A stretch of DNA of 64,000 bases from positions 67,210,001-67,274,000 of the forward strand of contig NC_045697.1 in assembly GCF_009834535.1 (NCBI RefSeq), read 5' to 3'. The notes beneath the pieces are model-generated. The model was given only the letters and a program-made list of their open reading frames with translations. It did no database searches and was not told where the DNA came from. Position 1 is the first letter of the stretch. The number at the start of each line of letters is the position of its first letter. Both the position numbers and the translations under genes were made by a program. Source of the stretch: Camelus ferus (lineage: Eukaryota). Shown piece after piece: positions 1-14,559 of the stretch.

Positions 1-469
1 TACAATTGAATAATCACAAAGCTTCTCTGAGAGGTGCTAGGGTGCTATTTTGACTTGTAGATCTCTTAAACTCCCATTCTGCATTTAGACAACTTGGCCA
101 CATCAGTTAAGAGTTTAGCATGCTCACACTGCTTCCCAATCAATTGTCCAAGGTTTATTTCCTGCACCTATATGAGAATTCAAGTTCTTCATTATGTAAT
201 GGCCCCAAATTCTAGGGCAGATGATCTGAAATTAGGAATCAATTTCTGAAAGAAGGGTACGGAGACTGAGCTTTGGGGCAGAATCTAAGAGATGGTGAAC
301 TTTCACTCCTGAGACTGTCCTTTCCACCTACAACTTCATATTCTGCTCACTTTGTCCAGTAGCTTTCCAAGTGGGTAATGAAGGAAACGTGGAAAGTTCT
401 TGCTAACTCCACCACAACAAGTAGTCCCCAAAGCCCCTCTAAGATGTGTTATTTATGCATGAACAAAAT

Positions 470-1140
470 ATGTATTCATCCAACATCACTCAAAAGATCT
501 GTATCGCATGCCAACTGTGTGTGTCAAGCCCCACGTTATATGCTAGACATACCACAATGGACGTGCTTCCCATCCTCCTCATGACGACATGCTAGCCGTG
601 TACACAGGTAAAAGGACAGAGTGTTACAGTTGGGTGTGCAAGGTGCTTTACGAAGAAATGAAGATCTAAACTAAGACATCAAGATGGAACAGAAGTGAGC
701 CAGCACAAAGGGATACAACACTTGTTCATAGCATAAGAAAGCATGTAAGCTGCCATACTCACTCACTGTCAGCTTTCTAAAAAACACCTGAAGGATGTCC
801 CCTTCAAGGGCTACCCTGGAATCACCTGTGCCAGATTTGGGACAGGTGCATGGTCTGAGGAGACTACAACTACGGAGGAGTTCCACGAATAGAATTAGAC
901 ATATAAGGACAAATATCTCTGTCAGCCATGTTAAGAGGTTTAGATTCAAGTTTCGAGGCAATGGAAAGCCATCAAAGGGTTTTAAGAAAAACAGCTATAC
1001 TGGTGACATTTGCTAGGATTTGCCTGGCTTCTGTGTAGAGGACAGAAGAGAGTGGGGCAGGACAGGAAGCAGGAAGAACCTTCTTCAGTGATCCAGTTGG
1101 GAGAAATGGACATACTCAAAACGTGTCTGGGTAATATGTT
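470..1140 (-). mobile_element. L2 LINE fragment
   Basis: ATTCATCCAAC... tail, GCAATGGAAAGCCATCAAAGGGTTTTAAG and TGGCTTCTGTGTAGAG are typical of reverse-oriented L2. Confidence 0.6.
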
Positions 1141-4100
1141 ATCTTTGCTAATATAACATTATTAAAGAGAGGGCTGCATATATTTAAGTGGTTGCAAATA
1201 TCTAAATGTATGAGCCTCTACAAAATAATCTAATTTTTTGTTTGTTTTAACAACTTGGCTTTCTAAATTGCTCCCCTCCTCCCTCAATAAAATAATAACA
1301 AATAAACATACATTCTGGCACAAAGTAAATATTGTTCATATCAATTTAAAAAACTCCAAAACCTCAGTAATCACACAACAGAACTTCCTAAGAACATTTC
1401 CTAATGTTCAGAAAATTAAAGTTTTGAGAAGCTTGCCTTTATTTAAAAAAATAAACAAACAAACAAAAAAACAGGTACAGCTTAGAAGAGGTAGTTAGAA
1501 ATACAGTCTCATATTTTTAATGGTTGTGGATTTTCCCCCTAGAAATCTTCAAAGAAAACCAAATGTTATATACAACAGAATACCCCAAATAAACAGTTTA
1601 ATCAATCATTAAAACATTCTAGGTTGCTTCTGTTGGATTCTTTAAGTGGAATAAGAGTCTATAATGATAAGAAGATTTTATAATTATGTAGAAACTAAAC
1701 CACATTGTTGATTCTAGAGTTCTTATTAATTTTCTCTTTAAAAAGTGGAATGTTTCCCACAGTGCTGGACTTGGGAAGTGAAGGGGATGTGGTAGAGGAG
1801 AGCTGGAGTTAAAAATTAAGAGAAACTCTGCTTTCTGCACAAAGAGAATGGCAAAAGAACTAGTGTTCAATGGGCTTTTGAAAGTGTTTCCTGTGTGGAT
1901 ATCATGTTAGTGCGGTGAAGTAGTTATCCTTGTTTATTTATTTAGTTAATGCATCTACTACATTCTGTTTGCTAAAGGTCCACAACTGCATTACTTTCAG
2001 TTATAAACGTTTTGGATTATGTTCTTCCTACCACGTTGACACATTCTGAGGAAAAAGATTTTTATGTTGTATCTTATTTTAATTTTACAATGAAGCATGT
2101 TAAAGAATATTTTAAAAAGAACAAATGAGATTATTTAATGTCATAGTGAACTAAAAATATAGTTTTTGTTTGTAGCTAAAAGTGTTCTATGCCCATTTTT
2201 TCAAAATAAAGTTGTTACTTAGGCAACAGTACACTTCCATTTCATAAACACACACTAGAAAAGTTTTTTCAAGCATAACTATGATCTGCATATTTTTTCC
2301 CTTTCTCTTCTTATGTATCATAGTTAACACATGCATACCTACAAGAAACTGTAAGAATTCCACTACAGTTTGTTCATGAACTAATCCATCAGAGGAATAC
2401 TTTATTAAATGCTAGTGTCTATCACAACATATATATTTAACAGCTTGGTATCTAATTTCTCTTTTTGCCCATAATATGCCCCTTGCACATACACGAAATT
2501 TGGCTTTGTTTGGAAGTTTCAGTTTAATAAATTTTGCTTCTACTGTAGGCTCAGTAAATGTTTTGCTATGTTAAAGTTTTTGATATAAGTAAAGAAAGCT
2601 GTTTCTATTCCTCTAGAAAGGAGGTTAGCAAAAAGTTAAGAATTTGCTCATTGTTTTTTCCTGCCTTTTTACTTACATATTTGTTTACAAGTATGGCGAA
2701 TGTATAGTGGATTAAAGTATAAACTGATTATTTCATTAACATTTATTAGATAATGGTTTTAATGGAATATATTCTACATTAAGAATCTGGCGTAGAAAAA
2801 AAAAAAAGAAAGAAAGAAAGAAAGAAATCATCTTAAACATGTCCATAAAACGAAAACACTCATGTGTTGAGTTTCCAAAGTGTTTTAAAGCACAATTGAA
2901 ATCTCATAACTTAACTGGGTATTCTTAAATGTGATTTTAAAATCTACAAATTTCTTTTTAAGGGCTTCACCTTTGACTACGCTTTTGTGGATTCATATGA
3001 TATTTTTCCACCTGGTGGTACCCCCAGTTGAGTGCAATCCTCTCATTCTTGTGATATAGTCAATTATTTTCATAGCAGTGCCAAACGAAAGTTGTGTATG
3101 GTACAGACTTACATAATAAAAATACAACAGCAACAGCAACAATTGCTAGCGTGCACTAAGCACTTATCTGGGGCCAGGTACTGTTCACAGTTCTTCACTT
3201 TTGATAACCCTGTTAATCTTCACCGTTCTGTGATGTAAATACCATCATGATTCTGACATTCTACTTATAAATGTGAAGCTGAGATTTCAAACTTGTATGC
3301 AATTTTCAAGCTTAGAATTTAGCACAGCTTATTTTTCATCAAGAGACTTATTTACATGAAGGCTGCATTAATATTTCCCTAGCATAGTTGTCCAGAAATA
3401 CTTGATGATAAATATTAATTTTTTTCAATGAATTTTGATTGATTTTCTATACCAGGAAATTATCAGACCTACAAACACATGCATATATCTAATACGTTTT
3501 CAGTTCCCTAGCAGTCAAATAAATGTTAAACAGCAAAAAAGAAAAAAGAAGTGAGCTAAATACTTTATTATTCTAAACAGTCATGATAGTCACACTAAAG
3601 AATAGACATGATTAAAGATTATTTTAAGAAAAGTTTTCTAAGCATAAATGAATAAACAAATTCAATTTAGCACCAAACCATACAATACATTGTGATCACT
3701 CAAATTTTTTAAAAATGTAAGTCTTCATGCAAAGAACAGATACATTATAAAACTTCCAAGAAAGTAACAGTATATTAACATTGCAGGGTAATTTCTTTCT
3801 AAAAACTGTTCCAAACTCTAATGTAATAACTGTCCTATTTCAATCAGTCTAGCATCATCTTGTTATTTTCAACATAAGTCAATTTCATAACTAGTTCATA
3901 GATGTGTACAAATTTATTGTCTAAATACTATGACATTCTCTTTTCATCTTGCAATAAATTTATGCAATAGAAAAGGAAAAACATACAGAAAAGAGTCACT
4001 TTTAATAGATGTCTTAGTCTGAAAAAACTAAAGTAAGTTTAGAATTAAAAATCAAAGTCCACTGGTTGCAGTGAGGCATATTTACATCTGTTATTAATGT

Positions 4101-6942
4101 TTGAGTTACGTACTAAAGATGAGATTATTCATCAAGTCCCTCATGCAATATGGGATTTGGTCAGGAATTTAATTGCATAAACTCTGTCTATGGAAGCTTA
4201 CAATTCATTCAAAATGAGCCTTTACAGTGGCCTGAACTGAATTAAAACAGTTACCAACACCAAAGAGACCTTCCTGATTTTATTACAAAATGCTGGTATG
4301 AGAATCTGCGAGCATAAAAGGGAGATCTCCGCCACCCCATTATGACTAAATAGCAGTCCTTTTCTTCGTTTTCTTTTCTTTGTTCTCTTTCTTTTTTTCC
4401 TTTTTTCAAGGAATGCAAGATTATATGAGGTATTTTTTAAATCATATAAAGCAAACTGACTTAATTTTAAAATAAAAATAAAAGATGTAATGTCTCAGGT
4501 TAGACTTATAAATGAATTCTCAGGTTAGAATGATGAATAATTCTGAGTTCTAGAAAGTGTGATGAGAATTTGAGTGAAATTCGAGTGAAATTGTGAAAAT
4601 ATGCACCAAGCTTATACCCAAGTGATTAGGGTCATAAGCTTAAGCAGGGCTCCCCACTGTTGCCTGTACAGGGTTTTACTAATGGTCTGATAATGGGGAG
4701 GGGTGGTCGGCATGGAGGTTCTCGTAATACGTTAGAGTAGTGTGAGCATGACAGCCACTGATTAATTACTGCCTGTTCTCAACTCACACATTAGATTACT
4801 GAGCAACACTCACTGTCTCCATAATGGCCTCACAGTCACAGAACACTCTTAGAGAATTCTTTAAGATGACTTATTAAAGATTTTTGGATTCTACTATAAA
4901 TTTGCAGTAAAACTTCCTGTCTTTCAGATGATTACAATGGAGATTGGGAAATAATCAAAAGATGGAAAAACAGGAGGGAGGAATAATACAGACATTTCAA
5001 CCTCTGATTTCACTGTAGGCAGCACTAATAATTCATATTGTTTTAAAAAATATTACCATAGTAATCACCTTAAAATATAAGCACATATGAAGTTATATCT
5101 GTTTTCACTTTTTCACTCGCTTTCTTTCTTCAGTCACCTTTTACTCCCCACCACCACCCCACTGCCATTTACACATGTAACAGTGTCTAAGGAGGGGTCT
5201 TCCTGTTGTTTCAAAATACAATGAAATACTAAACACTGAGGCTAATAGCAGAAAATCACTTCACTTTGAATATCTCAAAGTAGTGCACGTTAATATGTGC
5301 TTCTATGGAAACAGCTCTTTCTGGTTGTCAGCTTAAGCTTCTCCATATGATTTTTCTCAAAGGCTCCCTTTTAAAACCATCACTACCATCTATTATCTTC
5401 TTGTTATATAGGCTGTTACTTTTGTTTCATCACAAATCTCTGCCTCCTTATTAGTAGTCCTGCCACAACTATCAGATGACATTTGTTTTACTTAATGTAT
5501 GTAGTTTTAGAAAAAAATTACAGAGCTGCTATTACTGCATTATATGAAAAAATTCCAATGTACATTTAGCTGACACTGCATCAGCTGCTATTTAAACTGG
5601 GCTTAGCTAATGGACTTTTAATGTCAGCAGGGTTACGTGCAGTTACTGGCTATTAGCAGAAATGGCCCCTTTCTATAAAAATCACTTTTCCTCAAGTGTG
5701 TTGTTTGAACATTCCTTTCCCTAATTTAGTGACTGTCACTGAATGCAAAGCAAACTCAAGGACTGTGGAATCCACTGTTATCTTTAAGACCCTCTTTTTA
5801 ACCTTGCAATTCAGCATTAAACAGGCAACCTCTCTCATTAACATTTAGACTTGTAATCACAAAACTTTGTGGGGCATTACTATTACTTTGTTGTTCTTAA
5901 CAGAGTACTACATATTTTCTTATGAAAACCCATATCATCCATGAAAATATGACACGTAAGATAGAGAACATAGGAAACAATTTCCTGTTTTTTTAACTTG
6001 CATGTTTTATTTGCATCTTTTAAAATCTTAGTTCAGAAATGCCAAGTGATGTGGAAACATACAGCAATAATTAATCTACTGATATATCATATAAATATAT
6101 ATTAATCTGCATTTAATACAATATTTAAAATAAGCAAGAAAGTATATTATCCCTCTATGTGGAATCAAATTTTTTATATTTTCATTTAGTAACAGCCTCC
6201 CCCCCCCAATTAACTTTATCTTTGTTCATTTAAATAAAAGTATCAATGGATGTAATGGAGAAATCTGGAAATAAAGTCACCTGTATGGCATCTGAGGAAG
6301 TCTAGGAAAATCAAATATTCTGCAGCCTGGAAACAACTCCATTTTACTAAGAATTTGAAACAAATTACCACTGAATTCAGGGGAAAACAACACACCTGAC
6401 CTCACTTTCAATCAGTCCAATCAGAAAAGGTCACTGCAGGCAGGGTGCTCACCAGGGAAACGCTGTCTCTCCTGAAGAGGGGATCCCATGTGTGAATGAA
6501 GACGTTTACTTGTGCACGCAGGAAAGCTGACCTTCTCTTTTGGTCAAAAATTATAGTCTACTGTGTGGGAAAATATGGAAGTTCTGTGAACGTGGAGATC
6601 CCCTAGTCTTTGTCATTCGGAGGACAGGGGAAAATTGTCTCTATCACTTAAGCCACTGCATGAATGAGGCAGAGGCACCTCTACTGTGCACTACTGTGAA
6701 CAACTTAGCTACTGATAGACAACAAGGCGCTTTTGCAGAAAAGAATATAATTTTTCAATTAGAAACCAGTGATTAAATCTGATTCCTTATTAAATGACTA
6801 TCTCATGAATTTTTTAGTAAAAAAAAGTTTGTTTTCATTTGTTTATAGGTTCTGTTTACTTTTCAAGGATGTTGCCAAGGCTGTTCGACAGTGAACTCTC
6901 CTAGAACAAAAACGTTACACACACATACAATTTGTGCAAATG

Positions 6943-6948
<6 letters not shown>

Positions 6949-6973
<25 letters not shown>
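6949..6973. repeat. (TA)n microsatellite
   Basis: Uninterrupted TA run. Confidence 0.95.
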
Positions 6974-8475
6974 GCTCATACGGAATTATTGAGCTATATA
7001 TTTGTCTACTCCTTCGTAACTCTTCATTCCATTAAGAGTCTGCCTGGAAATACCTTCCTAGGAAATAATTCCATAGTTACCTAATTCAATAAAAAGAAAC
7101 GTGTATTTTCATGCGATCATCATCTCTAATAAATCCAATAAACTGATTACCTCATCCCTACTGGGAAAACATACATATTGTTAAAATTTTTTCTAGCCAT
7201 CCTATATTTTTTTCATCGGGTTATAGTAAGTAAACTCAAACTTTCTGCACTGTGGTCCCTTTAAATAAACAAATAAATGCACATTTAAATATAAACAAAT
7301 ATATATATATATATTTTGATCACAATATAAGAGAAAGATACTGGCAACATTTTTTTTAATTACTGTGATTATATTAAACATAAACTCCACTTAAGCAAAT
7401 TCTTTCCTGGTACAGTTGTCCCTAAGAACTCCAAATAATGCTAAGAATACTAGTTCAATTTCTGATGTCCAGGTGAGATTTAACACACAATGTTGATATT
7501 GTTATTAATGACAATGTTTGAGTATCTGAGGAAATGGCAATGCATTTTATGAAGACCATTGAAGAAATCTATGTATCAGTGCACCACTGGTTTAAATCTA
7601 GATTTCCCAAACAAATACATCCTGTTCAAACAGTTCCAAGTAAACTCCAACTGTAACTTCTTTCAAAAATACACCTTTTAAATACTTTCCAAATCTTTTC
7701 TTATGTTAACTGAAATAGGTACATATCAAGACTCTATTTATATAAAGGTTTCAAGTCGGAGTGCCTGTTGAATAATATTATGATGAAATACTGATCTTAG
7801 GTCTCTATTATGGATAGCACAAACAATAAATCATTTGAACATGTCTGTTTTTCCTCAGCTTCTGAGAGCAGTTACTGAAATGGGCTTCTGTTTTCCACCA
7901 AGCTGCCTGCTCTGTTAGTGATGGCTGTAGTCGGCTGGGAGGGAAATGTCTTAGGCTCTTTCAGTCCTTGAATTTGATCCCTAACACATTTTAAGGTTTC
8001 TACTCTTTCATCATCTCATGGAGATCCAGAAGGAAGAAGGCAAGTTACTAAAGAAAATGACAGGTAACCTAATTACTGTTTTATTTAGAATGACTTCAAG
8101 ATTGCTGCTTGCCAAACTTGCCTACTTCCACTGTGTGCTACAATGTATATATTTGGCAAGCTCTTTATTCAATGGAAGATAAAATATATCCTTTTCTCTT
8201 ATCAAAAGCTAGATTCAAATGTCAACATATTTCACACAGACATACTGCTCAAAGTGAAATTACCATTATTTACCATGTCTTCCCAATCACAAAGTTTTTG
8301 TTGTGGTAGTAATCTGGTTATTTGTTTGGTTTGGATTAGAGACAACACAGGTCTCTGACAATCACCTATAATAAAACAACAATGCTTTTTCACTGACTGT
8401 CATTTTCAGTTCCAGTAAAAGTTAGAGAATATCATTTGTTAAAGAGTACTCTTTGATCTAGTTCTTGACAGTTTT

Positions 8476-8508
<33 letters not shown>

Positions 8509-11296
8509 TTCTTGAAGATATTAGAATGATCTAATATATTCAGTTTGAATACAAGAAATAAACTTGCAAATTCACAGAGAACAGAATGGTCCCCAACTGC
8601 TCCCCATTCCCTTTCATCTTATACATGAATGTATTTCACTATGCCTGTAAGTGGATATTATTACACCACATGCCCTATCATGTTGCTTTAAACTTCTATT
8701 GTCTAAGAGAATGTATACTATGAATTACTTTAAAATAATTACTTTTCTATACAAATGGTATACTTTACTTCTACACTGCTCTTTTATATTGTTATGCACT
8801 CTAATTTTCTTGAATTTTGAAAAACACCTGCATTTCCACTCACAGACATATTTACCCTTGTAACTGGGCTACAGATGCATTTTAATATGCAAGCACTAAT
8901 GTATTTTTATTGGAAATTAATGTTCATATATAAGGCTTTTATTCTGAACAGGAAAAATAAGACGGGAATAAATTATGGTTGTGTTCAGTCAGTCCATGAT
9001 TAAATAATCAATTAAGACATCGACTAAAACTGAGAAATGTTAGCATTCATCAATAAACTTGTTAAATGTGCTGAGGGAGTTTCTGTTGTTGAACATCCTT
9101 AGTTAAGAAGAGCAGATAATACACGTTCATCTACATGAGGCATTTTTATGGCTCTCATAATTGCTGAGAAATGAATCTAGCCACAAGACCCAAATGACAA
9201 TGATTAATGAAGGTAAAACCCCTATTCTCACAACATTTTACAATAAGACTGGTAACTCTGGAGTTAAATGTGATTAATCAATATCATCTGTTAATACAAT
9301 TATTTGGTGCCCTCACATTTAAAGTAAGAACTGTAACAGGCACATCAATATAATGAAGTCTCACCTGTCTCCCCCTCACATTCCACTGCCCGCTGGCAAT
9401 GACACATGGTTAGTTATTTAACTAGAAGAGGGTATCCCCCAAACACTGGCGTTTTCAGATGTTAGGCTTACACTTTTGCCACACAAAGCACTTCTGAATC
9501 ACTGCTCATTGCTAATAAAAGGTACACTGACATAAGGACAAATATCTGCATATCTGGCACTTTCAAAGATACAGCTCACTTTCCAAATTATAACTTCAAT
9601 TTAATTAGTGTCACAGTAATGTTACTACTATGAACTCCATGTAGAAAGCTAGATATGTTTTAAGTACCTATAAAACCTGGACACATTCTTCTGTCTATTA
9701 AAACCTCTTTATATAATCCTAAGGGAGCAACTTTTAGAGGGCAGGAATACTCAAAATGAGAAATCACATTACAACTTTAACTCCAAACTATAATTGTAAA
9801 ATTATAACAATAATTTATAACATTTTGTTTACAAAGAGTTCAAATATTTGCAACATAATATGTGTTTTTAGTTTTCATGTAAAGGCAGAAATTCTTCTGA
9901 GAGTTCTAATCAGGTAGAGAAGATAATAAAGTTTACTATTTCTGATCTTCTTAGCTCATAAAATTACTACTATAAATTTTTTTTATTAAAATATCCATAA
10001 ATTTAAAGACAAATATTTAAAATAGGAGAAACTATAACCTATTCAATTATTGGATTTCTTTTTAAGAATTAGAATAAAAGGAGACAGGAGTATTTTAATA
10101 TTGCTCAAGGCAAACTTACTGTACCTTAAAAAGTCACATAAAAAGTAGCACTGAGTTTCTGTGAGTTTCTGTTCTAGTTTAAAGTCCTTGAACTAAGTGA
10201 TACTGGGACAATCCCTTGGGTTTCAGATCCATGGAGCCCTCTTCCACAAATACATAAGCAATAGCAAAGCCAAATAAAATATGAAATCAAAGAAGATCCC
10301 ATACATAGATTTAAGAAGTTAGGTTAAAAAAAGAGTGAAAAATTTGGGGCTCTGTTAAGTGCAGACCAGACAATCAAAAATTAAAATCAGAATGAAAATA
10401 CTATAAGAGAATGACTATCAATTCTAAATAACATAAAAATCCCGACAAATCTCTACTTTTCTTAAAAATTTGCCAAAAAAACCCCACATTTGCACCAAAC
10501 ATGAAAAATAGCAATAACCATTAAACAAGCAGAAGTAATTAAATATGAAATGTTAAAAATATAGATTATCTAGATTATCCATGTTGTTCTAAATTATGAT
10601 ACAAAAACTTTCTACTGCAAATATAATTCAAATGTATGAAGGTCCTGGTGAATTTGCTTTGCCTTCAAGTTAACCTATGTTTCTATATTTTTCTTGTGTT
10701 GTTTTATCATGTATTCAATTATGTTCTTGAGACATACACTTGTGTCCATTTTTTTAAAAGAAAAACTATTGATATTTGCATAAAGGCTTGGTTTTCTCAA
10801 AACTATTATCTGAAAACCTGGAATTTGACAAGTTTTTTTTTTTTTCATAAAAGTGCTTATGGAGTTATCTTTCAATATGCATCATAAAGATAGAAAGTCA
10901 AGAGTAGCACTTGTAGCCAGGACTTAACAGGCTGTAACTTAACATGGCATTTTTGGACTGCTACTAGGTTAATTTTCCCAGAGAGTGCAGAAAGGAAGAA
11001 ATGTGGCTATGAAGAGAGAGAGCTTCCCACAGGCTGTTCAAAGAACCACGCCCTGTCTAGGAGTCCTGCAGTGGTACACTTTGGAGCATTTCCTCAGACA
11101 GCTCCATTTGTTGCTTTTGGGGAAGCAGTGTCTGCAGCAATCCCCATGCTGAGTTTACAATTACTGACCTTTAATTTCTTCAACTTTTAGATTTCTTTGC
11201 CAGTGGTTTAGTGTTGGAAGCCAAATAATATTGCTCTAAATACTTTAGATGTATTCATTCATTCAGTCCTAATATGACTTCTTAGAGTACATCTTA

Positions 11297-11392
11297 ACCT
11301 CATTTTACATCTGAGGAAACTGAGGCACAGAGATGCTAAATATTGCACCCATGGCCACACAGCTAGGAGGTGGTAGAGGCAGCATTAAGAGG
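11297..11392 (-). mobile_element. MIR SINE core
   Basis: CCTCATTTTACATCTGAGGAAACTGAGGCACAGAGATGCTAAATATTGCACCCATGGCCACACAGCTAG. Confidence 0.8.
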
Positions 11393-12914
11393 CAGTGGTA
11401 ACCATTAGACTAACAGGCAAAATGGGTACACACTACTAACAGCCTCTAACTTGTACCTCCCCAAAGCCAGACCAATTATAGATTAAATATAAGTAAGATC
11501 TAAGACATTTGCAATGCAAACTTAGCTTTAAGAAGATCCCACTTCTAACCAAACTGCCACCCTTAAGGTTCTCTGTGCAGACATCATGGGACCCCCTGCC
11601 ACCACTCACACATGGAACCAAGCCTGTCCTATGTTTACTACATTTGAATGCTTAAATCCAGAAGGTACTATACCTATGTCCACTGTTACATATTTCAGAA
11701 AGTAAATTATAATTCTATGCTTCTAAATCTGTCTTCCTTGAGAGATGAAGCTGTCTACTCTATATCCATAAGCACACAGTGGGGGACATAATAAGTGCCC
11801 AATAATTGTTCAGAACTTTGCTTATAATACCATACACTATCTAAATGAGCTAACAGGTTTCTAATTTGTGGGGATGTGAACAGGTTTCTTTTAACTGACA
11901 CAAACAAACAAACAAACAAAAGTCAAACTAAAAAGGAAGGAAGCTAAAAGAGCAAGGCAAGAGCACTGGCTCTATCCCCAACCCCACATGCTTCCCCATT
12001 ATCTTCCTGAAGTGGATGCAGCCTGTAATTTTAATGCTTCTGAGAGTGACTCCCTCTGCTGCTCCAGCAAAGCCATGACCTAAATCAGAAAAGTGCTAAA
12101 TGCAGTTAAGGCACTCTGGCTGTTTGCATTAATTGGAGAACCTAGCATACATTAGAGAACAGCTATTTTTAAGTCTCAACAATAATTCTAAATAAGCTAA
12201 GAAAGTTCACCTAGGAGAGCTCATGCCTCCTTCATCTCCTTAGGGGGGTTGCTTAAAAAGGCTTAGTATGAATTCTTATCAGGATAACCAGTTCCCAGAT
12301 TACAATGGGAGACGCTCTAGGACCCTGTCTTGCTGAACTTAGAATCCCCAGTATCCAGAACACAAAAGGCCAGAGAGTCCATAAATATTAACAATTTAAT
12401 GGTTCCTCATTCTTTATAAGTACTTGGAAGCATTTTAAGTATTCGCTAAGCTAGAATACATGAAACTATTGCTCGAAACAAAGGTAAACTAGCCTACTTT
12501 TCCTTATTGCAAATTCCAAAAGTGAATTTATGAATTTACTCTGCTCCTAAAATAGAAAAAAATATACGGTATACTTATAAAGAAATTCAGTTATCTTTCA
12601 TACCAACTGTTTGTACCACACCAATATGCATAAATGCATGAAAGTAATTTTTAGTCTTCTCTCAGAATTATATTGTTTTTAAAAATATTACAAGTTATTT
12701 TGTATCAAGTTTAGTGCTTTCCACATTTTTGATACCTAAAAGAATTATTCCAATATAATTAGTGTCTTCAGAAATTTTCTGTTCTGAGTTTGGTGGTGTT
12801 AACACTCGTAACACTAGTTGGTGCTAGATAAGCAGGATATCAATGCGGGGCAATCCACAAATAAAGTGCATTTATAAAACAGGAGGCCACTAATTCTGAG
12901 GCAAACAGGTCAAA

Positions 12915-12969
12915 CACACACACACACACACACAAATGCACACGCACATGCGCGCGCACACACACACAC
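12915..12969. repeat. Compound (CA)n/(CG)n microsatellite
   Basis: cacacacaca...atgcacacgcacatgcgcgcgcacacacacac. Confidence 0.9.
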
Positions 12970-14559
12970 TGCCTTTTCCTAGTAAAATCTTTCATTCTTG
13001 AAAGTCAGAAACACAACAAATTCCCTAGAGCTAGGAGTTTCCAGCAATCCTGGAAGAAACAATTAGGGCATAGCCAGAAAGGAAAAAGTTGCCTAAAGCC
13101 TAGAGAATCTCCCAAAGATCTGTTCAAAATGACTGCTGTCTTTCTTCAAACCACAGTCACAAAACGAAGTACACTCACAAATAACACTCATTCTGCCTTT
13201 TTATCTTAAGCATCTGTTATTTTCTTGGCTATCTCTGAAGAGGCACATATTTCCTGAAACTTTCCTTTTTTTTCCCCTAGTATTTCTCTAACAACAGAAT
13301 AAAAACCTTATCCTCATTGTAAAGTGCTTAAATTAACTTTCTCATCTTAATTGCATACACTCTTCCATCCATTAAAAAACATACTTTATTCCCATTTTAA
13401 GTCCTCAGCACAAGGAAATCATACCTTGAGGGAGCAACAGTGTCTTTTATTTCTCTAGTGATCTAGTCCAAAGAGAGAGGGAAAAAGAGAAGAAATGAGA
13501 AGGAAAGGGAGGTCTGACTATTGGACCATTCATTATATACGAGTGTGAGTCTAAGAATGAGTGGTTCAATAGCAAACAGGCTGGATTAGAATGAATTAGA
13601 GTGATGGTGATGGTAGCTGAAAGCAGAGTTTGGTGCTTCCCACGTTTATGATACCTAACAGACAAGACAGGAATAGCTGGTATCCTGAACATGGAGGAAA
13701 ACAAAGATAGAAGTGGTGGAACAGTGTCTCTCAAAGACCACAAAATTCAAACATAAATAGTTTGTTCACCAGGAACTTAAAGAACTAAATAAACTAAGTG
13801 GAGCAGAACAGCACTGAGGTGCACACACCCAGAAGAATACATTTTATTTTTCCACTTAAGATCAGAAGAATAGGTTCAATCCTCAGTCTTTGGCTTGCCT
13901 GATCTATAAAATGAAAAAAAAAGTGTAAGTGGCAAACACTCAGTCTATCATGAGCGTCTTTTCTTTTAATCTCTTCTCCCTTTTTCTTTCAATATTAATC
14001 CACTTACAATATCCTGTTTGATTATCTTTATTGATCTTTTTTCCTACCCAGTCTTTTTAATTTGGCTGTAGTAAGCTCTCAGCAGGGATCCTGTATCTCC
14101 AGTTTGGCATCTTTGGGGACTTTAACTTGTCCTTTTCCCAAACAGTTCTCTCACCGCCTGTTCTCCCTCCCATACCCACCCCTACCGTATAGTTTAGTCC
14201 TTTGTGCGCCCAATAACAGCAGGCAGGCGAATTCCACAGGGAGTCACGCGGTTGATTCCACAACTATTCATCAGGTTGCTCACTTAAACTTCCAAACATC
14301 CCCTTTAAGCACCCTCAGCTGCCGCCCTGAGAATTTCTTCCAATTTCAAGAAACGTACAAGAAGTTTATAATTCTCAATGAAGACTCCTTTGTAAAATGG
14401 ACAGGCAGATGAGCTCTGGAAATATGAATAAGAAAAACAGGGCAGAACCTCGGGGATGGGAGGCATCTGGCAAGAAGGGAGGAAGGATTTATGAGCGTGG
14501 CTACTTAGCGAGGCAGCAGGAAAATTTACTCCCAAAGTAGCTATGGCTAATTCACAAAG

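Noticed and set aside
3032..3238. PolyQ-containing 68-aa ORF
   Set aside because: A short CAA/CAG run at the tail of a reverse MIR-like remnant, antisense within an intron, with no coding support.
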